Shown here: one piece after another, positions 12,558 through 26,108 of the stretch | Numbering within the stretch: position 1 is the stretch's first letter | Layout of the letters: every line of letters begins with the position of its first letter | Assembly (NCBI GenBank): GCA_013265495.1 | Contig: MU058449.1 | Span: forward strand, 248,001 to 312,000 | Reading direction: 5' to 3' | DNA from: Vicugna vicugna | Lineage: Eukaryota | Length of the DNA stretch: 64,000 nucleotides | The notes under the pieces: generated by a model | Told to the model about the DNA's origin: nothing | The model's database searches: none | Seen by the model: the letters and a program-made list of their open reading frames with translations, nothing else | Position numbers and translations under genes: made by a program

Positions 12558-14199
12558 TCTGACTGATTTCAACTAATTCTTTCCTTATAGTAATACATCC
12601 CAATTTTAGCAACTTCTACTTATTAAAAAATAATGCTAATGCATTTTTGGCATAAGTTAAGCTTTTTTTCCACTATACCACATTTAAATCAATTCCCACC
12701 CCAACATGACTCTGCAAATGTGCAAACTAAATTTTATTACTATATTTATAAATTATTACTAACATTTATTATGTTCTGTATATTATTGTAAGTGCTTCTT
12801 ATATATTTCCTCAATTTAAAGAAAATGGGTACATATATAAATCAACTTTCTTAAGAATTTGTAGTTAGAAACAGTGCAGCAGAGATTTGATTACTGGAAG
12901 TCAGAATCCAGAGACTGTCCTCTTAGTTGCAAGCTTATACTGTGCCCTAATGCCTGAAACTAGTACTTCCTGATTAATTACATGAAAATGATTGCACTCA
13001 CTAAAATTATTTAAAGTGCTATGCTTTTCCATTCTTAAGTTTTACTATGAGCCTATGTATTCTCCACTATTTTGTCTTGTAATCTCCAATGACAGTTACA
13101 TTTCCCTGACTCCTCTATTAATAGTTCCTTTTATGAAATACATTTCTTCAGTTTCCCCCTGGTATGTCAGATGTACATTCTAAAGTTCATTTTAAGTAAT
13201 ATGATATCTATATAGCTAGGATACTTTTTATAGACTGCTGTATTAAGACGCCTAAGCAAGGAATCAGTAGATTCCTATGAGAACCCTTACATAGTTCCAA
13301 GACACTAACTCGTCTTCTCTTTGTAGAGAACTCAATTTTTTCTGAATTCCTGCTGAATTTTCTGAGGCTGGTTCTTTCCTCTTGGAATGGTAAATCTTTG
13401 CACTTGCTGGATCCACTTGGACAATATTCTCCTTCTGAGACCTCATTGATTCTCTTAGTCATTAGTTCTCACAACCCTCCCTGTGTCTATGTCTACACGG
13501 CCATTTTACCCCTTACCATTCCAATCCTATTGTTTTTAAAAATATGCAGTTGGATCATGGACTAGCCTTCTTTAGAATCACTGCCTCTGTAACTAGTAGC
13601 CTGTTTCTTTAACCTGGTTCTACAATTCTAATTAAATTACTTCCCTTTTTATTTTTATTATCTTACCAGTGGATGATCTTACTTTCAGATTTTTTTAGCT
13701 TCTCTGTAAACCTGGAGGATCCCTGAAGAGTACTCTTTGGATTTTATCAATTTAAAGAAAACATCCAAAGGGTTCACACTGTGCCAAATAGGCATGGTGT
13801 TTGACAGTGATCCATGCTTTATCCATTTCATTTAATCTTCAAGAATACTGATGTTTATGAGATTCTGGATCTGAGTTTAAGAAGAAAGGATATTGGGGAT
13901 TCTGAATCTGCTAACACATGCTCCTAAGGAGGGTATTTCCTGTGACTTTTTCTCCTGCCTTGTACACCAACACTGCAGCACCCACCCAGAGCTATAACCA
14001 AAGCTTATCCAAGGCTCCAGAAGGTCTGTACTTGTGAAATGCTATTTGCTATCAATGTCTGTGGCTAACAATACAGCTGTAATTTAAATCTGTGAACTAA
14101 TATGTGAGAGGGTGATAAGAGCTTGTGAGGTACTTAGCTCCACAGGAAGACATGTCCAGGAACTTAAAAATGAATTATGTCCTGTGTTAATTACTTTAT

Positions 14200-14390
14200 A
14201 CAATTTGGTGCTCACAAAATACCATTTACTTATAATAACCACCCAACAAAATGGCTACTAGTATGCTCTCCATTTCACACATGAGGAAACTATGGAGTAG
14301 GTTGAATAACTTGTCCAGGGTCACAGCTAGTATCTAAATAAGTGGAGATATTCAAACTCAGATTGTCTTGCTGTAAAATACCTTTAATAC
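14200..14390 (-). mobile_element. MIR SINE fragment
   Basis: MIR core: ccatttcacacatgaggaaact...taacttgtccagggtcacagctagta. Confidence 0.75.
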
Positions 14391-16565
14391 CACTTCATTT
14401 CTCACTTGTGACCAACCCCTTCTTTAAACTTTCTTCTCATTTGGTTTCCTTGGTCCCATTATATTCCTGTCTTCCTACTACATTCTCAGTTTTGTTTTTT
14501 TTTTCCAGTGCTGTTCTTACTATTATTTGCAGTGTTGATGTTATTATCATCATTATTATTATTACTCAGTGCCACTTCCTGTGTTGAGAGTAAGGTGTCA
14601 AAAATATTAGACCTTCACTAGCACCTAGTGAAAAATATTAGGTCTTCACTAGTGTCTAGTATAATTGCAAGGAATTAGTGAGGATGAAGTCTGACCACAG
14701 ATTGCAAGATGCTGGATGTGTAACAGCTGAAAACAGCAATAATAAGCAACTTTTGAGAAGACTGGGGCTGAAGAAAAAGAAAACAGTAATAAACAGGATC
14801 AAAAGGTACTGGGAAATCTGCTTTTGAACAAAAAAGATAAACATGTCTGTTAAGGTCAGAGAGTCTGGTAGTGAAGAAGAATTTGAAGGAAGAAAGTGAA
14901 CAACTTGTGGAATTAAGTTCCCATCATGACAAAATACAAATCATTCAGGTTATTTTGTGGGTGTTCTGCTGCTTCTTCTGAGGCAAAAAGGAGTCAGAAA
15001 AATGATAAGGAGTATATGGGAGATTTTCAAAAGACTCACATTTGATGCAGATCTTTATAATAAAATAAAAGGCAATGTTTATTAGAGTTAGTGCCAAAAC
15101 TTATGTGAAAAAAAAAAAGGAGAGAGAGAGAGATACAAAAGAGATACAATTGAGGAAAAGGTGTGTAGAACAGAAATGAATGAATAAACAATTGTCCAAC
15201 AGCTGTGAAGGCTACTGAATGGAGGGGAGAGAAAGATTTTTAGTAGAGCTGACGGCATCCTGGCAGAAAAGGCTACATACACATGACCAGAGTCAACTGA
15301 TTTTTCTTCACCAGGTATTCAATTTTCCAGAATCAAGAAAAATTAAACAGAAAGAGAGAAGGGGCCTAATCACAGGAGAGCATTGTTTGTCTAGCACTTG
15401 AAGGAAATGATGAGTAGATGGACAAGTGGTTCTTAAAGATCAATAAGATGCCAAGGAACCAAAAGAGAAAGAGCAGGTTTGTTCAGGGTGTGATGTTTTG
15501 CCCTCTTCATCTGACACTAATCAGGTAAGAGATTCTGTCCTGGGTCCTTCCAACCTCTTTCTTCTCTGACTGCAGGTCTGCAGTTGAGCTTCCTCATTCA
15601 TATCTTTTTCTCTTGTGCCCACTCTATTCATTTTCCTTTCAGAAGTAATGAGGATACCACGTTTTAAATGAACATGTACTAATATATTAAAATAAAATCT
15701 GTAAAGGTATTATTGTTCATAATATCCATATATCATAATATCCATTGTTCACAATATCCAGGCCTCAGGAACTTATAAAAAAACTTTATTTACTTTATTT
15801 ATATATTTAACAGTTCTGAAGTATTTACTTCTTACTTTTGAGAAAAAATGAAAAATATAGGAGCACTGACTGACTCCTCTTTAGGAGAAAAGGGTTACAT
15901 GTACAGCTATGGAGAGTAATTGTTCCTCCTTTACCTACAAAGAAAAATATTAATTTAAAAAATGCTTCATTGATTAAAAAAGGTCTAAGAGCTGCAAGCA
16001 TTTATTAAAACTGTACATCAGACCAAAGAAACCAGTTTAGATATCAACTCGACTACCGTTCATCGGATAAGCAGAGATGGCATGGTCCTCTCAGTCTGCA
16101 GTCTGGGCTTCGTTCCTCACCTTCAGTCATTCAGTTCTATTCTAAGAGTCATGCAGAACCCCAGTATTTTCTATTATAATTTACATCATTTTCCTTTCTC
16201 CCTAATACCCACTCTTACATCACTCAAAGCAAGGTCCCATTGCAGCTGTGGGATCAGACTCACAAACTACAGCAGAAGGAGAGGCTATAAAAAGGAAGCC
16301 AACTGATTTGAGAAACTTCAGAATGTCATCAGACAAGTGCAGTCCAACAGGGCTCATCATTCACTAAGAAGGGAGTTTCACTAAATGCTCTCCTTCAAAT
16401 TTATTTTCCTCCTTCTTCCCAACCTTGTGTATTTTTCTTTCTTATACCTTTAGCTTGCGATTTATGTCATATTATGTCATATTTTCCCATTTCCATTTTT
16501 TATTACCCTAATTCTACCCTGTTCCAAACAGACAGATAAGCATTACCCCCCAACTCAAAAAAGGA

Positions 16566-16630
16566 AAAGCAAAGCAAAGCAAAGCAAAGCAAAGCAAAGC
16601 AAAGCAAAGTAAAGCAAAGCAAAGCAAAGC
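16566..16630. repeat. (AAAGC)n pentanucleotide microsatellite, 13 units with one AAAGT
   Basis: Seen directly. Confidence 0.95.
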
Positions 16631-19600
16631 TCAGTAAGTAAAAACGACCATCAGAGAGAGCCTCCTGAGATTCCAGTACTTACCATCTGGTGAAACTGGC
16701 TTCCACACCCATGGCACCTAACTTTGTGTCTCAACATCTTTTCTGTTTTGGATGACATGAGGTAAACCCCTTCTGCCCTAAATTGTTCAAAGAGATTTTT
16801 AACCGGCAAGCTGACAGTGAATAAAGAAAACCACACAAAAACCTATGAGATATAACCTAAAAAAAAAAACCAAAAAAACAAAAAACAAATCAGGCATCTC
16901 TCTTCACTTACAGAAAATCTTATCTATGAGTAACTGAAGTCAAGGCAATGAAATCCCAGTCCTATTTCTTCTGCTGACTTCCCACTTTGAAATTATCCCA
17001 ACTTTCACATTCTGAAATAACTCTTCCTCAGAGAGATTGGCTATTTCAAGAGTCATAAACCACCATTCAGTGGACCCTTTATTATCTCAAAAGATCATGA
17101 TTTGGCCAGGTAGCCAGACATTCCCATTGATAACAAATGTTATTTCACAGGCATGGGACATGCCTCCACCCACCAGCTGTGGATCTGTTTATGCCATGGC
17201 CCTGGCTAGGTGCTGTAATATGGGCATAGGTGGCAGGGAGAAAAATCATAGGTACTTTCCTCCAGACCAGGAGTGTGCCTGATCTGATATCTGAGACACA
17301 TGGGTCACCTTCAGAACCCAGCAGTCACTTACCGTCCAATACGGAATACCAGGTGCTTATTACCTTCTTTATTTCACAATTGTTAACTCACAGACATTGC
17401 ACATGATAGGCAGTCTGTCCCTGATCTAGGTCCCAATGCTGGCTCAGAGACTGGTTCTATAGTGTTTCACTTTACCAGGAGAACTAAAACTCAAGAGAAC
17501 TGGGGAATCCAGAAAATTATCTGTGGTCTTCTGAGCCCCTGATCCTTTTATTAAGGCTAGGAAAGACCCACTGAATGGATAAATCGGCTTATGGGAAGAG
17601 TGTACTTCTTTGACAATCCTGGGGAATTAACAAGAGCCCTATCACTGGCAGCAACCCATACTGAGACTGTTCTGACAGACGCAAACAAATCATAGAAATA
17701 TGGGATATTGTTGAGGTTCCACTTATTAAATGTCTGGATTTTTATGAGAGTTAGAGGGTCTGTCTTTTAGTGTTGAGGGAACACACTCCTTAGGAATTTA
17801 CTATCTCCTGAAAAATAGTACAAAATCCATGTGGGGGAAAAATAGAGCAATTTATCATCAAATATTTCTCAGAACATTTTTCTTATTAAATCTGAGTCAA
17901 AAATAAGTATATATAATACAACCCTCAACCCCTGCTGTCTAGTATAGGAAAGGAGCTATGCGCTATGTATAATGGGAGGAAATCAGCCTTTAGGATCAAC
18001 CATCATTGCCATAGAACTTCTCAAGTTTAAAACACACTTCTGATGTATCAGTTCTTTAAAAACCACAGTGATTCCTGATATGATTATTTTCCCAATGACT
18101 AGATGAGGACATTGACATTTTGAAAGTTCATCTGGGCGTATAGTAAGAAATCAAGTTGAAAATTAAGTGAAGGTTTGCCTTTGTCAAATCTCATGCTCTT
18201 CTTAGACAACACTTTGTTATCAATAAAAAAAAAAGAGTGATCAATCAAAAGAACTACTTCTCCAATAGAATCAAAGTAATTTGTTTAAAGACAGGAAGTA
18301 TTCAGGTGTAATTTATTATTTTTTATATGTGAAATACTACACAGAGAGTATAGGAGTGTATGGATTATATTTACACTACATGACAAAGATTCAACACCCC
18401 TTTACACATCCACCTCACCCAGAACTGTAACATTAAGAAGAAGGACCCCAATTTGAAAGAAGTGGGATAAATAAGTGTGAAAATAGATCTATCTATATAT
18501 CTCTATATAAATATCACTGCCTAGGTATACTCAGAGATTGTCTCTGTCCTATGCCATAACTCAACCCCTGGTTCTTTCTGATGTCCACATGTGGTTTGTC
18601 TTCAGGAATCCAATATATTCCAGCAGCATAATGGATGATGTGGGGTCATGACTAATGATGCAGCCAACAGTAACTAGTGGTTTTATGGAACTGAAGGGGC
18701 AGCAGGATCTATTGTTCATAAATATAAAGCAATTCTTAAAGAGCCAAGACATTAAAAGTTGTAATTGTGTCACTACCTTTCCCTTCTCTTAAGGTAGAAG
18801 ATATGAAATTAGCAAGGAAGAGGACACGTGATAGTAAAGAACACAAAGAGATAGTTCTTGGACCTGAAAATAAAGAGGTAAAGCTTCAACACTGTGAAAA
18901 ATCTTCTTATGCATTGATATAGACAATAAACAATATATAAGTTCTTTTTTTCTACTCATTATTCTAAATCTTCATTGATAAATAACTATGCCTCATGTGG
19001 ACCCATGGATTTTGTACTGCATTTTTAGAATCAAATTGTTTACACTAACAAGATCCTACACCAATTAAATATACTTTCCCATAACTTTCACATCTCAGGA
19101 GTGGCCCTGATGGAAACCACTGTTATGGGATTTATACTAGCCTCCAGTGAGAGAGTCAGGAATTCCCTGGAGAGTAAAATTCTCCCAAATAGTAAAGCCA
19201 GATACAAGTGTAACGTTGGCTGGTGTCCTGCTGCCATTCAACACTGTCAGAAATGAGATATTGGTGTTCCGAAGCCAGATTAAAGTTTAATTACAGACAG
19301 AGAAAGAACTGAATCTCCAATAAGTTACTTTCTTTGTAAATGAGTCCAAAGATCCCTTCATATGTGTATTGTAACCTTAGGATGAATGTATTTGGATAAA
19401 GCACAGAATGGAGCAGAGCAACTTCCTTAGCACAGTGGAGGTCCTTAAAGATTTCCATCAAATTTCAAAAGCTTAAGCAGGCTTTTCAGTGAAAGTCTAG
19501 GTATGTTGAACTTCTAAATAGGTAGGTAAAATGCTAAGGAAAGATAATTGAAGAATATTGGTGTATGTTTTCTTTCTTCTAAATTGTTTGTTTCCTTCTG

Positions 19601-20849
19601 TAGTAAAGTCTTGTGGATTAATTTCCGAGGGAAGAGTATGATGCACGTCACTTAGAGTAAAAGCAGTTCTAGCATAGGGATCCAGTGGATGTCATATAGG
19701 AAAATTCTTACCAGATACAAAGAGGAAAAAGTCCTTCTTGTGAACAGTGATGGTGTTAATTTTAAAGGAGAATAAAAAGTAGAAGAAGATGAAGCCCAGA
19801 GTTCTCCTCTCCTCTAGTCTTCACTCACAGATTTCGTGGACATGTTAATAAATACCTAAGATATATTAAGGGAGGCACTGAATGCAAATGGTCCAGTTTC
19901 AGATTAGAAATTTGGAATAAAACTGGTTTACAGGTAGCTGTGAGCTAGCAGGAAACAGTTGTCTTAAGAATATAAATGGCATGTGTCATGTTTAGGGGTA
20001 TCTGAAACAGCAATTACTGAATTTCCCTTCACTTTCATATGGCAACCATGTGAAACAGGGACCCTTAGGAACCTCACTGAAGGTAGTTTAAGACAGCTGG
20101 GAGTGCTGCCCTGAACTTGCTAGGTGAGTGCCAAATTGAGAAGGACAACGATCTTAAAGCCAAGGTCTACTCACTGGATAGCCGACCTTCCTTGAAATCA
20201 TTAGTGAGTTTCGGTAAAGCTACAAAGAACCAAGGTAAGGAGTGGGTCAATGACACCAGTGGGTTTTTTGGGTTTTTTTTTTTTTGCTGTTATTTTATTA
20301 TTAAACTTGGACAAGATACACAAGCTACAGAAGATTCAGCACTGGGTGTTATGATCTAAGGAAGTATTAAGCAGTAATAACAGTATTTCATGTTGATTTT
20401 TCCTTTAAGTGTAATGAAATTTTTAGAAGGAAAGGTTTCAATATAGGGATTCAAATTTGAGTTGATTGAATTTATTCATGGCAAGATTGTTTAAGGTTAG
20501 CAAAGGCTTTCTTTAACTCAGAGGACATGATTTAATCCTTAAACAGGGGATTATTTTATGGAAACCTCTACTTGCTATTACATACACATCAACAATGATA
20601 AAGTTGAGAACAGTACTATAAAATTTGAAAAAAAAAAGGCCTTCTAATTATTGAGATTTAGTTGAACATTTTTAACACTGTTAACTATAAGAATTTAGCT
20701 TATTATAAAGTTGGTATTATATCCATAAATGATTTGTTAAGTGGGTAAATCATCTGAAAAATCCTTAAATGAATAATGTAAGATTTTTCATCATGCCATA
20801 AGAAAAAATGAGAATTATATGCAGTTATAATGACACAACCAACCTAAGA

Positions 20850-21075
20850 AGCTAGAATACAATGGCTCCAACAGCTGATTCTGAATCCAGACTTCCTGGG
20901 TCAATATTCCTCCACTATCATTTATTGTTACTTAACCTCTCTAGTCCTCAGATTCCTTCTCTGTAAAGTAGAAATAATAGTAGTACAAATTCTGTCAGGA
21001 TTAATTGAGAAAAAATGCAAACTATTATAGCAGTGCTTGACATACAGAAAGCATCAACTAATTTTTACTACCAAT
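20850..21075 (+). mobile_element. MIR SINE
   Basis: ctgaatccagacttcctgggtc...ttacttaacctctct...ctgtaaagtagaaataatagtagtac. Confidence 0.75.
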
Positions 21076-21539
21076 ATTAATAATAGTTGTGAACATAAAG
21101 TTAGCTATAAAATCAGTATATTGTATCAGAGTATACTTTTATAACTATTGGAACCCCTTTCACTTCATGATATAAACCCAGAAGCTCTAACTTAAAAAAG
21201 CATTGATTGTATTACTAAAGATATATGAAGGCTCACGCTTAGCTCAAGGCAACATAGGAAAAAAAAATGTCAATTTTAAGGAAGCAATTCTCAGCATAAA
21301 GTGGAAACATATCTATCACACGATGGCTTGATTGTCAAGGCGTATAAAGTTATTCTTCAACTCAAAATCAATCTAATAAAAATGAGTAGTAAAATAAAAC
21401 ACTGTATTTAATATAAACAAAGTTAGCTCTTCCCTTCCTCTTTCTCTTTTGTTTCCCTTTCCTTCCCTTCCTTTTATTTTCTTTCACATCCTGAATGACT
21501 TTATCCTAAAACCACTGATTGAAGCACAGCTGTGTAGAC

Positions 21540-22230
21540 ATCTATACTGGTGTGCATGGGGTCAGGGAGTGGGTATGACCAATAGATCAAAACAGGGTGT
21601 TGGACCCTGAGAGTCGTGAGGAGGGTGTCCTTGTGAGGAGTAGACCAGCACAGGATGTCAGAACAAGAGAGCATAGAGGATGTTCAGATGGGTATGGATG
21701 AGAGGTTGTTAGCCTGGCATGAAACTGGATTTGAAATATGGTCCTAATGAAGTAGAGGTCTAGTGATGAGAGACAGAGCCTGAGCAGAGTTGGGTGAGTG
21801 GACACTCGTGGGAGGTGTTCTGAAATGAGGGGTGAAACTGTGTGAGCTGAGGAGGGTGTTTCCACAAAAGGAGATGGCAGCCTGACATAAAGTGTTGTAA
21901 TCCAAGTAGGGTGAGGAGTCACCCACATGGCAGGAGTCACCCACATAGGGAACCGATGCAGGATGTCAGAACCCATCTGCACTGGGCAAAGGGACCTTGG
22001 CAATGCTAGACTGGTTACCTACAAAAAAATTATCAGATGAAGAATGTGATTGAAGCTAAAGTGTATAAGATTTTTCACTGAAAAATAAGGGAGTCACAAA
22101 TGTGAAAGGGGAGAACATTTTTGATATTGGATTCAAGGTTGTATTTGTGTGCATTCATGATTTTCAGTAAGTAGATAAATAGAGAAATTATTGTAGATGT
22201 AAATTTGGGGGGATAACTATATATAATTAT
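21540..22230 (+). mobile_element. L1MC-type 3' UTR fragment with G-rich internal repeats
   Basis: Recurring gaggagggtgt units followed by L1MC-like 3' UTR sequence; includes an 18-bp tandem duplication of aggagtcacccacat near 21915-21947. Confidence 0.6.
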
Positions 22231-23167
22231 CTATCATCTATCTATTTTGTTTCTGCTTATAATTTTAAATAAAACACTTAAATTTAATTGTATTCAACCA
22301 TATATAATCTCTTCCTACTCTTCTTTGTAGGCTAAAGACATAAATGCTAACATGTTCCTCCAGTTATGCTATTTTTAAGATATTTACTAAAGTATTGGTG
22401 TTTATTATTTCCTAGTATATTATTTGTGTGTGTTGAAATATAGTTAAAATTTTATTCAAGAAATTATTTCTTAATGTTTGATACTATTTTTGCACCAGCT
22501 AAGAAGTAACACAATACCCACTTTGATGATTTTACTACTCACTCACATTTAGAAAAAAATCAACATATTATTTAAAAATAATACAATAAACAACCTAGAA
22601 ATTAATTATAAAAATGAATGGCATCTCATGAAATTTTTAAAAATGACTTGGGGTTTATGTGGGTTATTGAAATTATTAACCTACGCTTTATTTCTGCAGG
22701 TACAAATAATAGGAAAAATGCCCAAGTTTCCAGATGTTGAATATTTTTATAGGTATGCTGTTAATGTGGGGAAAGTACAGAAACTTCTTTCAGAGTTTTG
22801 GCTAAGATGACTAAAAATATAAGTATTCACAAACATAATTCAATAAGAAATAAGAGTACTGAGAATGAAATTTTTCTAAGCATTGGGATAAGAATGAAAA
22901 ATGAATTCTTAATTTTGTCACTTCATCAATGATTAAAATGTTCTAGGCCAAAGGAAGTCTAGTAGCTCTTACACTTTGATAGCAGTTGTCCATTGCCCTA
23001 ACTCCAGGTAGTTATTCAGAAAGGCTTGGAAACATTCTAAGGAACAATTTCTTGATGTAAACATGGCTGGGATTAGTGCTGCCCCAGAGGAGTCAAAGCA
23101 TTATATCCTCCTATCTTAAAATCTGTGTTTTTCTCCCAATAGACATTTAAAAGTTCACCCAGGCTGG

Positions 23168-24138
23168 ATGCCAAGAAACATCTTTATGGGGCTTATAAAT
23201 GGTAGCTGGTTCCAGCCACCTGCTCTCCTTCTAACAGGCATTCTTGGACTGGAATCTGTACAGATATGGATCTCAGTCCCACTGTGTGTCATGTACCTAA
23301 CTGCCCTCCTAGGGAACGGCACCATCCTCTTTGTGATCAAAAGCACCTCCAGCCTTCATGAGCCTCAGTACATCTTTCTGTCTATGCTGGCAGCCACAGA
23401 TGTCGGTCTGTCTTTATCAACTCTACCCACAGTACTTAGTGTCTTCCTCATGAATCACAGAGAGATTGAGTTCCACTCTTGCCTAACGCAGATGTTCTTC
23501 ATCCACACCTTCTCCTCCATGGAGTCAGCCATCCTGCTGGCCATGGCCTTTGATCGATTTGTAGCTATTTGCAACCCGCTGCACTATGCTGGGGTCTTAA
23601 CTCCTCCTCTGATTACTGGGATAGGGCTTGCAGCCATGGTTAGGGGTGTGGTACTGATGGCACCTTTGCCAATTCTGCTGAAGCGATTGCCCTTCTGCAA
23701 GGATGTCACTCTATCGCACTGTTACTGCTACCACCCAGATGTTATGAAGCTGGCTTGCGGCCCTATCAGAGTCAACATCATCTATGGGTTGTTCCTTGTC
23801 CTCTGCTCCTTTGGAGTTGACTCTCTGTTCATCGTCATTTCATAATTCTGATTTTAAAAACAGTGCTGGGCATTGCCTCCAAAGATGATCAGCTTAAGGC
23901 ACTTAATACATGTGTTTCCCACATTTTCACAGTCTGTATCTTTTATGTGCCACTCATTGTGCTGGGTCTAATTCATAGGTTTGGTACTTTCACATCTCCT
24001 CTTCTCCATGTCACCATGGCTAGCCTCTTCCTCTTCTTGACCCCTATCCTTAACCCCTTGGTTTATAGCCTAAAAACCAAACAGTTAAGATCTGTGGTGC
24101 ACAAGATATTCAAGGGTAGGGGAAATTTGCTTAAGTAA
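23168..24138 (+). pseudogene. OR51-family olfactory receptor with a single 1-bp frameshift
   Basis: ORFs 23168-23845 and 23863-24138 are the two halves of one OR (LHEPQYIFL, MAFDRFVAICNPLHY; KALNTCVSH, PILNPLVYS). The junction TCA TA- ATT CTG ATT TTA AAA ACA GTG needs one base to restore S-Y-I-L-I-L-K-T-V. Acceptor ttttctcccaatAG at 23141-23142. The start could be 23168 or 23186. Confidence 0.9.
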
Positions 24139-24142
24139 TCAA

Positions 24143-24510
24143 GGATGTGTTATATAAAAAGCTGAACTGATTAAAACATAGAGTAGAACAGTGGTTGACA
24201 GGAGCTAGAGGGTTGAGGAAATAGAGAAATGCTGGTCAAGGTGTGCAAACTTCTAATTATGAAATAAGTAAGCTCTGGGGATCTAATATAAAACGTGGTG
24301 ATTATAGTTAACTATACTGTATTATATATTTGAAAATTGCTTAGAGTAGATTTTAAATGTTCTCACCACAAAAAAAGAAATGATAACTATGTGACATGAT
24401 GGAGGTACTATCTCTACTATGATAATTCTGCAATATATAAGTATATCAAATAAATACATTGTATACTTTACATTTACACATATTATATGTCAAATCTTAA
24501 TAAACTTGAG
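24143..24510 (+). mobile_element. L1MA-type 3' end
   Basis: gagtagaacagtggttg...ctggggatctaat...gtagattttaaatgttctcaccac...tcttaataaac. Confidence 0.85.
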
Positions 24511-26108
24511 AAATTTTTGTTTTGTTTTCAAAAAGAAGAAAAATAAGAAATATAATAGAATGAAGGGTGCAATTGGCAGACAGCAACAGGGTTATAATAA
24601 AGGAAGTTTATGTTTCTTCTTCAACAAAAAGGAATTATTAATTAGAAATTCCACATAAAATAAATTTTATCTACTCAGATAAAGTTAATGTCCAAATTTG
24701 AAGCAAAGTAAAATATGTCATGATATTATATAACTGTGGAGTGCAAGAAAAAGGGAGGTTTTACCTGGACTTTAAAAACTTCCTCCTTCAAATGGCACAG
24801 TAATCGTTACATTAGAACTCCATAGGAGAAAATTAATCCCTAGATACGATCTGACTCTATCTGAAAGTAATGATTTTAAGTGTAAAGTCAATCTACAGAT
24901 TAAGATTGAGCAAAATTCATGATATAATAGATTAGGGTTGACAGATCCTGTGAGTTAAGGGTCTTGGAGAGAGTCTTGATGAGGTGACAACTGTTTGCTA
25001 GGCAAGCAAATATGCCTAGTTAACACACATACACATATCTCTTTCCCTGAGGTAAAAAAAGGAAAAAAAAAACCCACACTTCTTCAAATTCTTGTGGGTT
25101 TTTCGTTTTTTGTTTTGAGAGATGTGCTCTTGATCTACATTTAAGGGAGAGGGTACTTATGAAGAGAATTTGAACTCTTCCCTTTCTCCAAATTGCTTTA
25201 GCACCTGAGAATGGGACCTCCAATTGGAACTCAAGCAGTTATAATTCAAATCAATGATGACATACTATTGTGTTTATATCTCCTTTATGGTGAAAGCAGG
25301 ATCCGTTGTCCCTTCAGAATCAGACATCAAAACCTATCAATTCCTATCTTCATTGCTGTTGCAATAGGGGTCTGTGTTTGTTTAAAGGTAACTTAGAAAT
25401 GTATGTTTAACGTTTTGAAATACAGAAAACCATGAATTGTGCACTTTAAAAGGGTACTATGGTATGTGAATTTCATATTTATTCTTTAGTTAATAAGCAT
25501 AAAAATTTGAAGAGTTCTTAAAAGTATATATTTATGATTGAAACTAAAATAAACTGTCTATAAAAAGGTGATACCAAGAATGATAATAATTCTGTTAGAA
25601 ATGGGGAGATTTTGAGTGATTCAGACACTTTTAAATTCTCCAGGCTTCTAAATGTTATTTTTTATAATTGTCATCCAAAACTTCAGTTATGTTATTTTAA
25701 ATAATTTAAATTTTCCATAATTTACATTAAAAATCTTAGGTTAAAAGTCTGTAAGCCTCTTTTATAAAGTTTCAGTTTTTCTGATAATAATAACATCAGA
25801 TAGTAAAAATTATAAGTAACACTTTTGTAGTGCTTAATATGTGCCAGGAAATTTTCAAATATAAAACAAATCTGAATTTATTTTAAAGGATTATTGCAAA
25901 GGGAGGAAAGATTGATCAGTGGAGACAGAACAGTTCAGCTGATCATTTATGAGATTTTTTAAAAATGGGAATTTAAATGGTGTGTGTCTGGCCTGTCACA
26001 AGTAAAAAAGAAGGCATCACTGAAGCTTATCTATGTCATATGGGGAAATGTGGTTCCCTGGTGTAAACAGTTTCCTTAACTATTGTGTAGAGAATTGTTA
26101 ACCTTTGC

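Noticed and set aside
13790..13820. ATGGTGTTTGACAG resembling an MAFDR remnant
   Set aside because: No other OR motifs nearby and the context looks MIR-like.
16285..16295. TATAAAAAGG as a globin-like or LTR promoter
   Set aside because: No globin exons found anywhere in the window; it is equally explained as a minus-strand polypyrimidine acceptor.
21587..22003. 138-aa minus-strand ORF with a repeated MWVTP
   Set aside because: Lies in an L1MC-like 3' UTR; the repeat reflects an 18-bp DNA duplication.
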